Positions 1 to 9,548 of a stretch of DNA of 64,000 nucleotides are shown here, in pieces. The DNA is taken from NCBI GenBank assembly GCA_041640595.1, contig JBEPZY010000005.1, positions 192,001 through 256,000 of the forward strand. Direction: 5' to 3'. This DNA comes from Gemmatales bacterium (lineage in GTDB: Bacteria > Planctomycetota > Planctomycetia > Gemmatales > HRBIN36). The translations under genes and the position numbers were made by a program. The notes beneath the pieces were generated by a model. It made no database searches. It was not told the origin of the DNA and was given only the letters and a program-made list of their open reading frames with translations. How positions within the stretch are numbered: position 1 is the first letter of the stretch; every line of letters starts with the position of its first letter.

Positions 1-727
1 TGAAGGAACGTTCTTCTTTCGGTTTGGCGCCAGCAATTATCGGAATGAAGTTTCTGACTACACCGTCGTGGAATCGCACTTCGTCGGAGACTCGAAGGTT
101 GACCTCGAAGTCGCCCACCTTGCGACCATCCCGGTAAACACTCAGCGTTCCGACGATCACATCCCCGGGTTCGGCGGCTTCCTTTTTCACCAGGCGTCCT
201 GCCCGACGGCGAATGAAGATTTCGCGTTCATTGCGCAGGATTTCGTCGGTGATCTGGAAAACAGGCCGCTTGAGTTTCATGCCCTTGTAAGTGGGCAACG
301 GGAAGTCCGGCCAGACTTCGAGGTCGAATTCGTAAACCAGTGGTCCTTCTTTGGGAATGGAGACGGCAAGCGGGTCGAAGTTAGGCGTGGTAATCGGGTT
401 CAGGTTGTGCTGTTCGAGGATTTGTTGCAAACTGGCCAGAAGCAAAGTCGGACGGATTTCTTCCAGCGCTTGCGGTTCCAGATACCGCCGCACCAGTTGC
501 GCAGGGGCTTTGCCAGGGCGAAAGCCAGGCACCGGCACGGTTCGCCCCAGTTCGCCCAGTTTCTGGTCCAGCAACCGGTTGATGATCTCGCGAGGCACAG
601 TAACCTTGATGTGCTTCAAGCACGGGCCTTTATCGGTGATTTCGACCTGTTGTTCCAGCTGGAGGTCGTCGCCGGTCGCAGTGGGTGTGGTGGAAGCACT
701 GGTTGTTGGAGTTTCCGTCTCGGCCAT
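1..727 (-). CDS. tig: Trigger factor (3' part runs off the window start)
   Basis: Reading the minus strand from the ATG at 727 gives MAETETPTTSASTTPTATGDDLQLEQQVEITDKGPCLKHIKVTVPREII...VPGFRPGKAP, which contains the ribosome-binding motif GFRxGKxP. An SD (AGGAG) lies upstream. It is absent from the ORF track because it is open at the edge. Confidence 0.92.
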   Translation of the reverse strand, partial: MAETETPTTSASTTPTATGDDLQLEQQVEITDKGPCLKHIKVTVPREIINRLLDQKLGELGRTVPVPGFRPGKAPAQLVRRYLEPQALEEIRPTLLLASLQQILEQHNLNPITTPNFDPLAVSIPKEGPLVYEFDLEVWPDFPLPTYKGMKLKRPVFQITDEILRNEREIFIRRRAGRLVKKEAAEPGDVIVGTLSVYRDGRKVGDFEVNLRVSDEVRFHDGVVRNFIPIIAGAKPKEERSF

Positions 728-865
728 TGGCTTTACTCCTCTCAGCCGGCCTGACCCGGCCGTATTAACAAGCCATGCCGGGAATGCCGGCTTCTTTCAT
801 TATGGGAAGTGCCGACACTCCCGGCATCGGCGAAGTAGTCCGGGCACGCCAGGCGCAAAAAGAAA

Positions 866-938
866 AGCGGGTGACGGGATTCGAACCCGCGACAACCACG
901 TTGGCAACGTGGTGCTCTACCAACTGAGCTACACCCGC
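866..938 (-). tRNA. tRNA-Gly (GCC)
   Basis: GCGGGTGTAGCTCAGTTGGTAGAGCACCACGTTGCCAACGTGGTTGTCGCGGGTTCGAATCCCGTCACCCGCT folds as a cloverleaf with a TTCGA T-loop and GCC anticodon. CCA is not encoded. Confidence 0.97.
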
Positions 939-991
939 ATTTTCCATAGCGATTATAGAAAGCTGGCCAGGAAAATCAAGAGACCTCATTT

Positions 992-1672
992 TTAGTTTTT
1001 CTGCTGTTCGGGCGGGGACGAAGAAGTACGCCGACGGTAATCCTGCCAGGCCCGGTCGAGCAAGGCAATAGCCTGGTCGTCGTCCAGCTGGGGGAAATGA
1101 TGGTAAAATTGACCCACTGCCCAAAAATCTTCCGGTGCCAGCAGGCAAACCAGGAAATCGCAGTATCTGCCCACTTGGTGTAAGCGGTCGGGGGAGCCTA
1201 CGGGCACAGCGACAACCAGTTCGGCCGGCTGTTTGGCGCGAACCACATGGCAGGCTGCGATCATCGTCGAGCCGGTCGCAATCCCGTCATCGGTCAACAC
1301 CACACTGCGCCCCGTCAATAGCGCAGGCGGGCGCACCTGCCGGTAAAGTTGTTGCCGACGGCGTATCTCAGCGAGTTGACGCTCCGCTTCGTGTTGAATG
1401 TACCCCTGGTCAATTTCCAGGCGTGCGACCAGGGCGGAATTGAGGATCACCTCGCCATCTTCACCAACTGCTCCGATGGCCAGTTCCGGTTGTCCCGGTG
1501 CAGGAATCTTTCGCGCCAGAACCACATCCAGTTCGGCGGGCAACTCCTGAGCAAGCACGGCACCCACCTCGAGTCCACCCCGCGGAATGGCCAGCACAAC
1601 CGGATCGCGCCAGCTTCGCTTCTTCAGTTCCGCCGCCAATTGCTTACCTGCGTCAATGCGATCCTGGAACAT
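992..1672 (-). CDS. Phosphoribosyltransferase family protein
   Basis: Has FxDRxDAG, LAIPRGG and the PRPP-binding loop VLTDDGIATGSTM. Confidence 0.9.
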   Translation of the reverse strand: MFQDRIDAGKQLAAELKKRSWRDPVVLAIPRGGLEVGAVLAQELPAELDVVLARKIPAPGQPELAIGAVGEDGEVILNSALVARLEIDQGYIQHEAERQLAEIRRRQQLYRQVRPPALLTGRSVVLTDDGIATGSTMIAACHVVRAKQPAELVVAVPVGSPDRLHQVGRYCDFLVCLLAPEDFWAVGQFYHHFPQLDDDQAIALLDRAWQDYRRRTSSSPPEQQKN

Positions 1673-1825
1673 ACTTGGCTACCGCTATTGCCTATGTATC
1701 TTGTTTACCAGACGCCAACGGGAATTTGAGCCGAGGCAATCTCGTGATTCCATCCTTAGTTCCTGCATTCGCTGCCGGTCTGTGCGACACTAACGGTGAT
1801 TGTAAGCGAAAACCTGCCAAAAGCC

Positions 1826-2890
1826 ATGTCCCAGCCAGCCGAAGGTAAACTTGCTTATCGCGCGATGGTGCTGGAACAACCAGGCCAGCCGTTGCAATTG
1901 CAGCACTGGCCGCTACGTGCACCGGGCACCAATGAGGTGCGTATCCGCGTGCTCGCCTGTGCGGTGTGTCGCACCGATTTGCACGTGGTGGATGGCGAAT
2001 TACCTCAACCGAAGCTGCCGCTGGTTCCCGGCCACGAAATCATCGGCGTCGTAGATGCCGTTGGGTCGTTGGAGACGCGGACCGCTGAACCACCATATTC
2101 GGGCACGCTTGCCGCTACCGGTTCGGCTGAGTGGAAGGTCGGTCAACTTGTTGGAGTTCCCTGGCTGGGGTGGACATGCGGTCAGTGTGATTGCTGCCGC
2201 AATGGTCGCGAGAACCTGTGCGAACTGGCGCAGTTTACCGGATATACCCGCGACGGAGGCTATGCCGAATACGTTTATGCCGATCCGCGCTACATTTTCG
2301 CAGTACCGGAAAGCTACACGCCTGCGGAGGCGGCACCGTTGATGTGTGCCGGACTTATTGGCTATCGCAGTTACCGATTCGCCGGCGAGGCCCGACGGCT
2401 GGGAATTTACGGTTTTGGAGCGGCGGCACATTTGCTGGTGCAACTGGCTCGCTACCAAGGCCGACAGGTTTTTGCGTTTACCCGACCGGGCGACCGAGCG
2501 GGTCAGGAATTTGCCCTGCGACTGGGTGCAGTCTGGGCGGGCGATTCTGATAAACTGCCGCCAGAACCGCTCGATGCCGCTATCATCTTCGCACCTGTCG
2601 GAGCTCTGGTGCCGCAGGCCTTGCAAGCGGTGCGCAAAGGCGGGGTCGTGGTGTGTGGCGGCATTCACATGAGCGACATTCCGTCGTTTCCGTATCGTTT
2701 GTTGTGGGGCGAGCGCATGGTGCGTTCCGTAGCGAATCTCACCCGCCGCGATGCTCAGGAATTCTTGACGCTGGCCCCGAAAGTCCCGGTTCGCACGCAC
2801 GTTCGCACTTATCCTCTCGAACAGGCCAACGAAGCGCTTGCCGATCTGCGTGCGGGTCGCCTGACCGGTGCCGCCGTTCTTATCCCCTGA
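1826..2890 (+). CDS. Zinc-dependent alcohol dehydrogenase family protein
   Basis: Has CRTDLH, PGHE, structural Zn cysteines CGQCDCCRNGRENLC, MCAG and GIYGFGAAA. The start is uncertain (ORF open from 1796). Confidence 0.92.
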   Translation: MSQPAEGKLAYRAMVLEQPGQPLQLQHWPLRAPGTNEVRIRVLACAVCRTDLHVVDGELPQPKLPLVPGHEIIGVVDAVGSLETRTAEPPYSGTLAATGSAEWKVGQLVGVPWLGWTCGQCDCCRNGRENLCELAQFTGYTRDGGYAEYVYADPRYIFAVPESYTPAEAAPLMCAGLIGYRSYRFAGEARRLGIYGFGAAAHLLVQLARYQGRQVFAFTRPGDRAGQEFALRLGAVWAGDSDKLPPEPLDAAIIFAPVGALVPQALQAVRKGGVVVCGGIHMSDIPSFPYRLLWGERMVRSVANLTRRDAQEFLTLAPKVPVRTHVRTYPLEQANEALADLRAGRLTGAAVLIP

Positions 2891-3002
2891 ACCCGTCACC
2901 ACCGTCCTTTCGCAACCCTGCCGCGACTGGCTCCTTGCTCAGCTCGGTGCAGACGGTTATCTTAACCTGCGGTGGATAAGTGCTGAAGGCGGGAATCTTC
3001 CG

Positions 3003-3746
3003 ATGCAGGATTTGCACAATTGCCCGGGTTGTGGCAGCACCTTAGCGATCCCCACGCACCTGGCGGGTCTTTTAGTGCAGTGCCCGGCCTGTGACACGCA
3101 GTTTCGCCCTGCCGTGCGGGAAAATGCCAGCATGGGGCCTGTAACTAACAAGGGCCGTGGTTTGGCAGAAGGACTCTCTGATTTTCGGGAAGCCGAATTC
3201 TGGCCACCACCGATTGCGGAATGGGATAATGCAACGTTTCGCCGTGATGCTACGGTTGCGAGGACACGGTTGCTGTCGCGGGTAGCGATTGCGGAATGGG
3301 TCCAGGCGGCGCTTCCTGCCGACGATTTCCTCGCGTCAGAGAGAGTTGCCCGGGGTGAAAACGACTTCCAGGCTGGCATGGCCTGGTCCTCGAATGACTC
3401 CCAGGCCCAAGGCAACTGGCAGGCTTCGCTGGCGACCGAGGCACTCCCGGCTCAGGTAACGCCTGATGCAGCAATAGCGGGGAGGAAGACGGTCTCCGCA
3501 ATTCGACCGCATCGTGCCGGTTTCCTGCTCACCCTCGGCATCATCGGCATCATTGGACTGGGTATTTGTGGCACCATCGCCTGGCGTCTGGCAGATGCTG
3601 ACCTGAAACGTATGAATCGCGGCGAAATGGATCCATCCGGCCGTCAACACACTGAGACGGCCTACGTGCTCGGCCTGGTTGGCATCGCCCGCACCCTTAT
3701 GGAACTTACCGTGTTGGGCATGGTGCTATTTGCCAGATTCCTCTAA
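3003..3746 (+). CDS. Zinc-ribbon / DUF4190-like membrane protein
   Basis: N-terminal CPGC..CPAC and a C-terminal PHRAG..LTLGI..DLxxMxRGxMDxSG two-TM module. Paralog of 4152..4571. Start placed at the ATG just before the Zn ribbon. Confidence 0.7.
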   Translation: MQDLHNCPGCGSTLAIPTHLAGLLVQCPACDTQFRPAVRENASMGPVTNKGRGLAEGLSDFREAEFWPPPIAEWDNATFRRDATVARTRLLSRVAIAEWVQAALPADDFLASERVARGENDFQAGMAWSSNDSQAQGNWQASLATEALPAQVTPDAAIAGRKTVSAIRPHRAGFLLTLGIIGIIGLGICGTIAWRLADADLKRMNRGEMDPSGRQHTETAYVLGLVGIARTLMELTVLGMVLFARFL

Positions 3747-4151
3747 GACCTCCAGAGCCGGCGTTTCGTCTCTCGTTTTCGCTACATACCGCATGCGACA
3801 GGTTACCGGCCTGGCGTTTGGGTATCGCGGCCAAATGGTGCAACTCCAATGCGGAAACGTTCGGAAAGCGGTTTGGCGCCAATTGCCCTGATGCGCGGTT
3901 AGCTCATCCGCATGCTGCCACGCTCTGGAGAAGGGATCGAACGCCCCCGATGCGCGCTCGCTGACGGTTCTCCGTACTGCCGGACTTTCTTTCCCGATGC
4001 GTGCAGCAACGCTCGCGCATCGGTATAACAATTCCCGGCCGTGCGAATCGCCAGCTTTTTACTTGCAAATTGGGCGAAGACGGCTACGCTATAGGCATCG
4101 CGCCAAAGCGACGACTTTCGGCTTCGACTGACTTGCGACGAGGAGTCGTCC

Positions 4152-4571
4152 ATGTCCAGCGTCAACAATTGCCCCCATTGTGGTCAACAGGTGCGAATTC
4201 CTGACGAAATGCTGGGCCGATTGGTACGGTGTCCATTATGTGGGCAGGCGTTCACGGCCGGCGGCAACGAAATTGCGAGCAGTGCATATTCTGTTCAAAG
4301 CGTCGAACCCCATCGCGGCGGTCTCGTCTTAACTTTGGGCATTCTCGGCCTGGTTCTGTGCGGTTTTCTCGGCCCTGTTGCCTGGTACATGGGGGCGGAG
4401 GATCTGGATAAAATGCGTCGTGGGGTGATGGACAAATCCGGTTACGGTGTTACCCAGGCCGGCTATATCCTCGGTATCATTGCCACTATCCTCACGGTTA
4501 TTGGTTGTCTTTTCGGCATCCTGTGGGCTATCCTGGTTGGTGTCGCTGCTGGTGGAGGACTGGGACACTAA
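4152..4571 (+). CDS. Zinc-ribbon / DUF4190-like membrane protein
   Basis: CPHC..CPLC, PHRGGLVLTLGILG and two hydrophobic helices. An SD (GAGGAG) lies upstream. Confidence 0.8.
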   Translation: MSSVNNCPHCGQQVRIPDEMLGRLVRCPLCGQAFTAGGNEIASSAYSVQSVEPHRGGLVLTLGILGLVLCGFLGPVAWYMGAEDLDKMRRGVMDKSGYGVTQAGYILGIIATILTVIGCLFGILWAILVGVAAGGGLGH

Positions 4572-4757
4572 ATCGGCGGGATATACGCACCAGTGATGGG
4601 AATGGCGATCTCTTGCGAAGTGACGATTCCTTGACGAGCCGCAATTCTAGCCGCGTGCTTTGCCAGCAGTTGCACGGCCTGCCTGCCAGCACTGGCATTG
4701 TCGTCAGACACGAAAGGCAGATCGGGTGCGTGTCAAGAAAATGAGCGATCCTGAGCC

Positions 4758-5627
4758 ATGAAAGGCATCATCCTGGCGGGTGGGAAGGGGACGCGGTTGT
4801 ATCCGATGACGCGGGTCGTGAGCAAACAGTTGTTGCCGGTGTACGATAAGCCGCTGGTTTATTATCCACTGTCGTTGCTGATGCTGGCGGGTTTGCGTGA
4901 GATTCTGGTGATCAGTACGCCGGAAGATTTGCCGCAGTTTCGTCGGCTACTCGGCAGCGGAGAGCAATGGGGCCTGCGCTTCGCTTACGCCGAGCAGGAT
5001 CAGCCGCGTGGTCTGGCACATGCATTGATCGTGGCAGCGGAATACCTGGCTGGCGAACCGAGTTGTTTGATTCTCGGCGACAATCTGTTTTACGGACACG
5101 GTTTGCCGGACCTGTTACGGCAATCGGCCGGGTTGCGGCAGGGAGCATTGATTTTCGCTTATCAGGTCAAGGAACCCCAGCGCTACGGTGTGGTCGAACT
5201 GGATGTATCGGGCCGGCCAGTCAGCATCGAGGAAAAGCCGATTCAACCGAAATCGCGCTACGCCGTGCCGGGCCTGTACTTTTACGATGGCCGGGCACCC
5301 GAGTTCGCGGCGACGTTGAAACCGTCGGCCCGGGGGGAACTGGAGATCACCGACCTGAATCGTCTGTATCTGGAACGCGGCCAGTTACAGGTGCGCATTC
5401 TCGGTCGGGGTATCGCCTGGCTCGACGCCGGCACACCGGAAGCACTGTTGCAGGCGGCCCAATTCGTGCACGCTGTCCAGGAGCGCCAAGGGGTCATGGT
5501 CGCCTGCCCCGAGGAAATCGCCTACCGCATGGGTTATATCAGCCGCGAGCAACTGCGCCAGCTCGCTCATCAGCTCGGCGACAATAGCTACCGCGATTAT
5601 CTGTTACGCCTCTGCGAAGAAACATAA
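4758..5627 (+). CDS. rfbA: Glucose-1-phosphate thymidylyltransferase
   Basis: Has [35 protein letters not shown] and RGELEITD. Confidence 0.96.
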   Translation: MKGIILAGGKGTRLYPMTRVVSKQLLPVYDKPLVYYPLSLLMLAGLREILVISTPEDLPQFRRLLGSGEQWGLRFAYAEQDQPRGLAHALIVAAEYLAGEPSCLILGDNLFYGHGLPDLLRQSAGLRQGALIFAYQVKEPQRYGVVELDVSGRPVSIEEKPIQPKSRYAVPGLYFYDGRAPEFAATLKPSARGELEITDLNRLYLERGQLQVRILGRGIAWLDAGTPEALLQAAQFVHAVQERQGVMVACPEEIAYRMGYISREQLRQLAHQLGDNSYRDYLLRLCEET

Positions 5628-5798
5628 CCAATACTCGCGTTTCAGGAGCAAAAACAGCGTAAGTTGCACACGCCGTTGAAAATTCTGCGAAGAAACCTGA
5701 CCCATGCTGGCCTTCCGAGAGCAACAAAACAATGTAAAGTCTCACACGCCGTTGACGATTCTGCGAAGAAGCGTAACTCACGCTCGCCTTCGAGGAGC
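5611..5798 (+). repeat. Three degenerate tandem copies of a 39-bp unit (period 73-76 bp) starting in the rfbA 3' end
   Basis: TCTGCGAAGAA-initiated units at 5611, 5684 and 5760 align without gaps and all end in GAGC. The two linkers also resemble each other (CACACGCCGTTGA). Confidence 0.85.
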
Positions 5799-5913
5799 GG
5801 CGGATGTAAGCCAGCCGGGCTATCGAAGTCCGAAAGCGTGTGGCCTGGCAAAACCGCTACCGTCAACATGCCTCAAACCGCCGCCAGGCTCCGAGACCGT
5901 CGCACGATACCCA

Positions 5914-6873
5914 TCACGGTTTGAGGCGGAGGCGTTCGATTTCTCGCTGCCGCAATTGCTGGTATTCCTGCTGGTGTGCCTGCCAGTAAGCGCGGACGAG
6001 ATCCGCCAGTGCCAGGTCGCGTTCCGTTGGGTCACGCAAACGCCGTTCGAACTCCTGCCGGGTGCTGGCATCCAGTTCGGTTCGGAGGAATTGCCACAAT
6101 CGCGTCTGCGGTACCGGGGGGTAGATTAAACGCAGACGATGCAGTTCCGGTGGCACTGGTTGACGGTATTTTTCCGAAAACTCTGCAAGCAGGTACAAAT
6201 AAATTGGGCGATTGCGCTTTTGCACCTCGGCCAGGAGTTGTTGTTCCGAGGGAGACAAATACGGGCGAAGCTGTTTATACCAGCGAGCAACCAGCGCTCG
6301 TACTTTTTCCTGATCCTCGGCAGGGGGAGCCGCGAGATTCCACTCCAGTGCGAGTTGTTTCTCGCGGTCGCGGAGTTGCTCCAGCAACCGCCTGTACAAT
6401 TCCGGACGCCCGTGAGCCTTGGCGAGAGCTTCCCGGTCGGCCAGGGGCAAAGTTTGAATCCATTGCCTTTCTTTCACCACACGGATGCGTTCGAGTTTCT
6501 GCGATTCGTTTTCGGCCTGTTCGATCCAGGCACGATCTTCGGGGGGCAGTCTTTCCAGCCATTCCCCATAGCGCACCATCAAATGCAGCAAGCGAGCCTG
6601 CGTGGTCGCATCCTCTTCTCGCAATGCCTGGTCCAGTGCCAGAAGCCGTTGCTGCTGTTCCGCAGGAAGCCGCAAAAACTGCTGGTAGGCGTGCCGCAGA
6701 GAAGCGGGCAATTCTGCAGGCACGACGGACGAGCTGGCCGAGGTCGGTTCCGGCTGAGCGCGGAGCAACAGCTCGCCCGTGACAACCGCCAGGATCAGCA
6801 GCAGACCCGCCTGCACGATATGCCTGCACCAGCGCGGACATCGCTTGCCGTTGGTGGATGCGCCGTTGGCCAT
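5914..6873 (-). CDS. Hypothetical helical protein with N-terminal TM/signal segment (third gene of the ECF sigma operon)
   Basis: 319-aa ORF with a hydrophobic N-terminal segment, then Q/E/R-rich helical LPxExxxxL repeats. It lies 7 bp downstream of the anti-sigma gene. Confidence 0.7.
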   Translation of the reverse strand: MANGASTNGKRCPRWCRHIVQAGLLLILAVVTGELLLRAQPEPTSASSSVVPAELPASLRHAYQQFLRLPAEQQQRLLALDQALREEDATTQARLLHLMVRYGEWLERLPPEDRAWIEQAENESQKLERIRVVKERQWIQTLPLADREALAKAHGRPELYRRLLEQLRDREKQLALEWNLAAPPAEDQEKVRALVARWYKQLRPYLSPSEQQLLAEVQKRNRPIYLYLLAEFSEKYRQPVPPELHRLRLIYPPVPQTRLWQFLRTELDASTRQEFERRLRDPTERDLALADLVRAYWQAHQQEYQQLRQREIERLRLKP

Positions 6874-6880
6874 GGCAGCT

Positions 6881-7375
6881 TCACTCCTCGAACAGGCCCC
6901 ACCGATCCAGTTCCCGAAGGAATGAAAACGTGCCTACCTTCTCGTAATAGGGCCAGTAGTCGTGATGTTCGAGCAACTGCACGATTTCTTCGGATGGTGC
7001 TGGTAACGGAGTGGGGCTCGCGTCCGATAAAGGGCGTTTGCCTGCGTGCCAACCGAAAAAGACCGCAACCACAACTGCGGCAGCCCAGGAAGTGAAGCCC
7101 AGCCACCGTCGCCAGCGCCGCCAGCGTAATTGTCGGGAACGGCTCGCGGCGAAGAGGGTCAGGGTTTGTTCGGTGAAAGTGGCAGTCGCTTGCGCCTGGG
7201 GCAGGTAATCCAGCATGTCCCAGGCAGTCTTCAACCCTTCCGCCTCGCGTTGCCACCTCGGATCACGTTGCAGCTTCTCTTCGACAGCGCGTGCGGCTTC
7301 CGGATCCAGTTCGCCGTCCAGGTAGGCGATCAGTTCCTCGCGTTCCTGTTCGGAAAGGGCGTCTGGTTCAGTCAT
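6881..7375 (-). CDS. Putative membrane-anchored anti-sigma factor
   Basis: EELIAYLDGELDPE..VEEKL anti-sigma-like N-terminus and a single TM (WAAAVVVAVFFGW). It overlaps the stop of the ECF sigma gene. Confidence 0.8.
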   Translation of the reverse strand: MTEPDALSEQEREELIAYLDGELDPEAARAVEEKLQRDPRWQREAEGLKTAWDMLDYLPQAQATATFTEQTLTLFAASRSRQLRWRRWRRWLGFTSWAAAVVVAVFFGWHAGKRPLSDASPTPLPAPSEEIVQLLEHHDYWPYYEKVGTFSFLRELDRWGLFEE

Positions 7376-8093
7376 GGCGATGAACCTTCGGAGGTGGTGC
7401 CGAAGCAGCACGGCCTGGACTTGCCGCGGTGCCTTTCGTGTCCGGAAGGAGTTGGGGCATTGGCCCGGAACGCATTTCCATCTGCACATACGGGGCCAGG
7501 AGCTCGCGCAGCTGAGAGCGAGCACGGCTCAGCAGCGACTTGACCGCCTTGACGGATATGCCCATGACGTCGGCAATCTCCTGATAGCTCATGTCCTCGA
7601 ACTTATTTAACACCACCGCCAGCCGCTGACGCTCGTTCAAGTGGTTCAAAGCCTGCTGGACGACCTGGCTGAGTTCCTCCTGGCGGAGACGGTGGTCCGG
7701 TGAGGGCATCACTGAAGCATGCCAGTTTTCGGACGGTTGGTGGGCCAGTGCGGCGGAGTCGGTCAGGTCGAATTGCGCTTCCGGTTTGCGTTGCCGACGG
7801 CGATACACATTCTGCGCCAGATGGTGCGCGATGGTAAACAACCAGGTCGAAAACTTGGCCTGCGGATGATATTCCTTGCGATGGCGATACACTCGCAGGA
7901 AGACCTCCTGCGCCAGGTCTTCCGCTTCCTCACGATTGCCGACCAGATGGTACATCACCGTCAGCAACCGGTCCTGGTAACGCCGCACCAGTTCCTCGAA
8001 TGCCGCAGGGTCATCGTCGCGCACGCGGATCATCAGGGCGACGTCCGGGTCTCGCAGTGCCAGCTGGATACTGGTCTGGCCCTGGGCAGGCAT
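7368..8093 (-). CDS. ECF RNA polymerase sigma-70 factor
   Basis: Region 2: AFEELVRRY, AEDLAQEVF, FSTWLFTIA. Region 4: LNERQRLAVVL..SYQEIADVMG..VKSLLSRAR. Confidence 0.93.
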   Translation of the reverse strand: MPAQGQTSIQLALRDPDVALMIRVRDDDPAAFEELVRRYQDRLLTVMYHLVGNREEAEDLAQEVFLRVYRHRKEYHPQAKFSTWLFTIAHHLAQNVYRRRQRKPEAQFDLTDSAALAHQPSENWHASVMPSPDHRLRQEELSQVVQQALNHLNERQRLAVVLNKFEDMSYQEIADVMGISVKAVKSLLSRARSQLRELLAPYVQMEMRSGPMPQLLPDTKGTAASPGRAASAPPPKVHRHD

Positions 8094-8268
8094 GGTGCTA
8101 ATCCAAGGGGCGACCGAATGGCGGCGAATCAGTCGTCGCCGACACGGAGGGGTCAACCGAAAACCGGCAAGGCGGAGCTTTTTGGAGACGCCGGTCTGGA
8201 CAGTTCATGGCAGGACAGCTCAGGGACTCGCCGCTCCCGCTTGCGGCGTGGCATGCGTTCGGAGCAAG

Positions 8269-9381
8269 TTACGGACTCACCGTCGCCGGCGTGGCATGTG
8301 TCAGCGGCAAGCGGCCGGATGCGTCCTTGTCGGAGTTCGCCAATTGCCGTCGCCGCAGTTGGCCACACGCTGCTTCAATTTGCGATCCCTTTCGTTTCCG
8401 CACGGTGACGCTGACCCCTGATGATCGCAGAAGGCTTTGAAATTCGGCCAGCGCAGCATCGCTGGGCCGACGGTAAGGTAAGCCGGGCACTTCATTGAAC
8501 GGGATCAGGTTCACGTGAGCCTGTCGTCCCTGCAGCAATTGTCCGAGTGCGGCTGCGTGCTGTCGGCTATCATTGACGCCGCGCAGGAGCACGTATTCAA
8601 ACGTCACCTGCCGACCGGTCTTCTGGAAGTAGTAATCGGCGGCTTCCAGGATAGCGGCGATGCCGATTTTGCTGTTGGTAGGTACAATCCGTGTCCGCAA
8701 TTCATCATCCGGCGCGTGCAGTGAGACGGCCAGGTGGTACGAATGCTGTAAATCCGCCAGCTGAAGAATCTTCGCCGGTAAGCCGACGGTGGAGATGGTT
8801 ACGTGTCGCTGACTCAGACCCAACCCGTTTCGGTCAGTGGCCCAGCGAAGAGCGGCCAGCAGGTTTTCCAGATTGGCCAGCGGTTCGCCCATACCCATCA
8901 CCACGATATGGGTCAGACGTTCCTGCGACGGCAATTGGTCGGACAGATGGAGCAATTGTTCGAGAATTTCCCACCATTCGAGATTCCGTGCCACGCCGTT
9001 CAGCCCACTGGCACAGAAGACGCAGCCCATACCGCAACCTACCTGCGTACTCAAACAAGCGGTGCGGCGATCCTGTTCGGGGATGAGCACACATTCAATG
9101 GCCTCGCCATCGGGCAAACCGATGAGAAGTTTGCAGGTGCCATCTCGGGCTTGCTGCTGGTGCAAAATCCGCGTGCCGTATATGCAAAAGTGCTCCGCCA
9201 ATTCCTGCCGCAACCGCTTGGGCAGGTCGGTCATTTGCGCGAAATCCCGGCATCGCCGCTTCAGCAACCAGTGCCAGACCTGTCGAGCATGGAAACGCGG
9301 CCAGTTGCGTTCCTGCATCCACTGGATCAGTCCGTCCAGTCCCAGCGGAATGATGGGGCGACGCGCCACGCTGGTCTCCAT
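8269..9381 (-). CDS. rlmN: Dual-specificity 23S rRNA/tRNA methyltransferase RlmN
   Basis: Radical SAM motif CLSTQVGCGMGCVFCASG, plus MGMGEPL, SLHAP and AACGQL. Confidence 0.95.
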   Translation of the reverse strand: METSVARRPIIPLGLDGLIQWMQERNWPRFHARQVWHWLLKRRCRDFAQMTDLPKRLRQELAEHFCIYGTRILHQQQARDGTCKLLIGLPDGEAIECVLIPEQDRRTACLSTQVGCGMGCVFCASGLNGVARNLEWWEILEQLLHLSDQLPSQERLTHIVVMGMGEPLANLENLLAALRWATDRNGLGLSQRHVTISTVGLPAKILQLADLQHSYHLAVSLHAPDDELRTRIVPTNSKIGIAAILEAADYYFQKTGRQVTFEYVLLRGVNDSRQHAAALGQLLQGRQAHVNLIPFNEVPGLPYRRPSDAALAEFQSLLRSSGVSVTVRKRKGSQIEAACGQLRRRQLANSDKDASGRLPLTHATPATVSP

Positions 9382-9548
9382 AGTCTTGCAGCAGATTTCG
9401 GTTTGGGATGGCGAGATGGTAATTGCTCTTGAATCAGTCGGGGGTCTGCTGCTATTCTAGGCGTTGACCAGGCCAGTTCCTAAAGAAGACCTGGCCGGAG
9501 TCAGTTGGTCTTCTTGCTTCCTGGAACAGCCTACCACGGAGCTGCACC

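Noticed and set aside
68..754. 228-aa plus-strand ORF
   Set aside because: It is the antisense shadow of trigger factor, which is encoded on the minus strand.
5611..5798. CRISPR interpretation of the rfbA-associated repeats
   Set aside because: The units are divergent, the linkers resemble each other instead of being unique spacers, and there are no cas genes.
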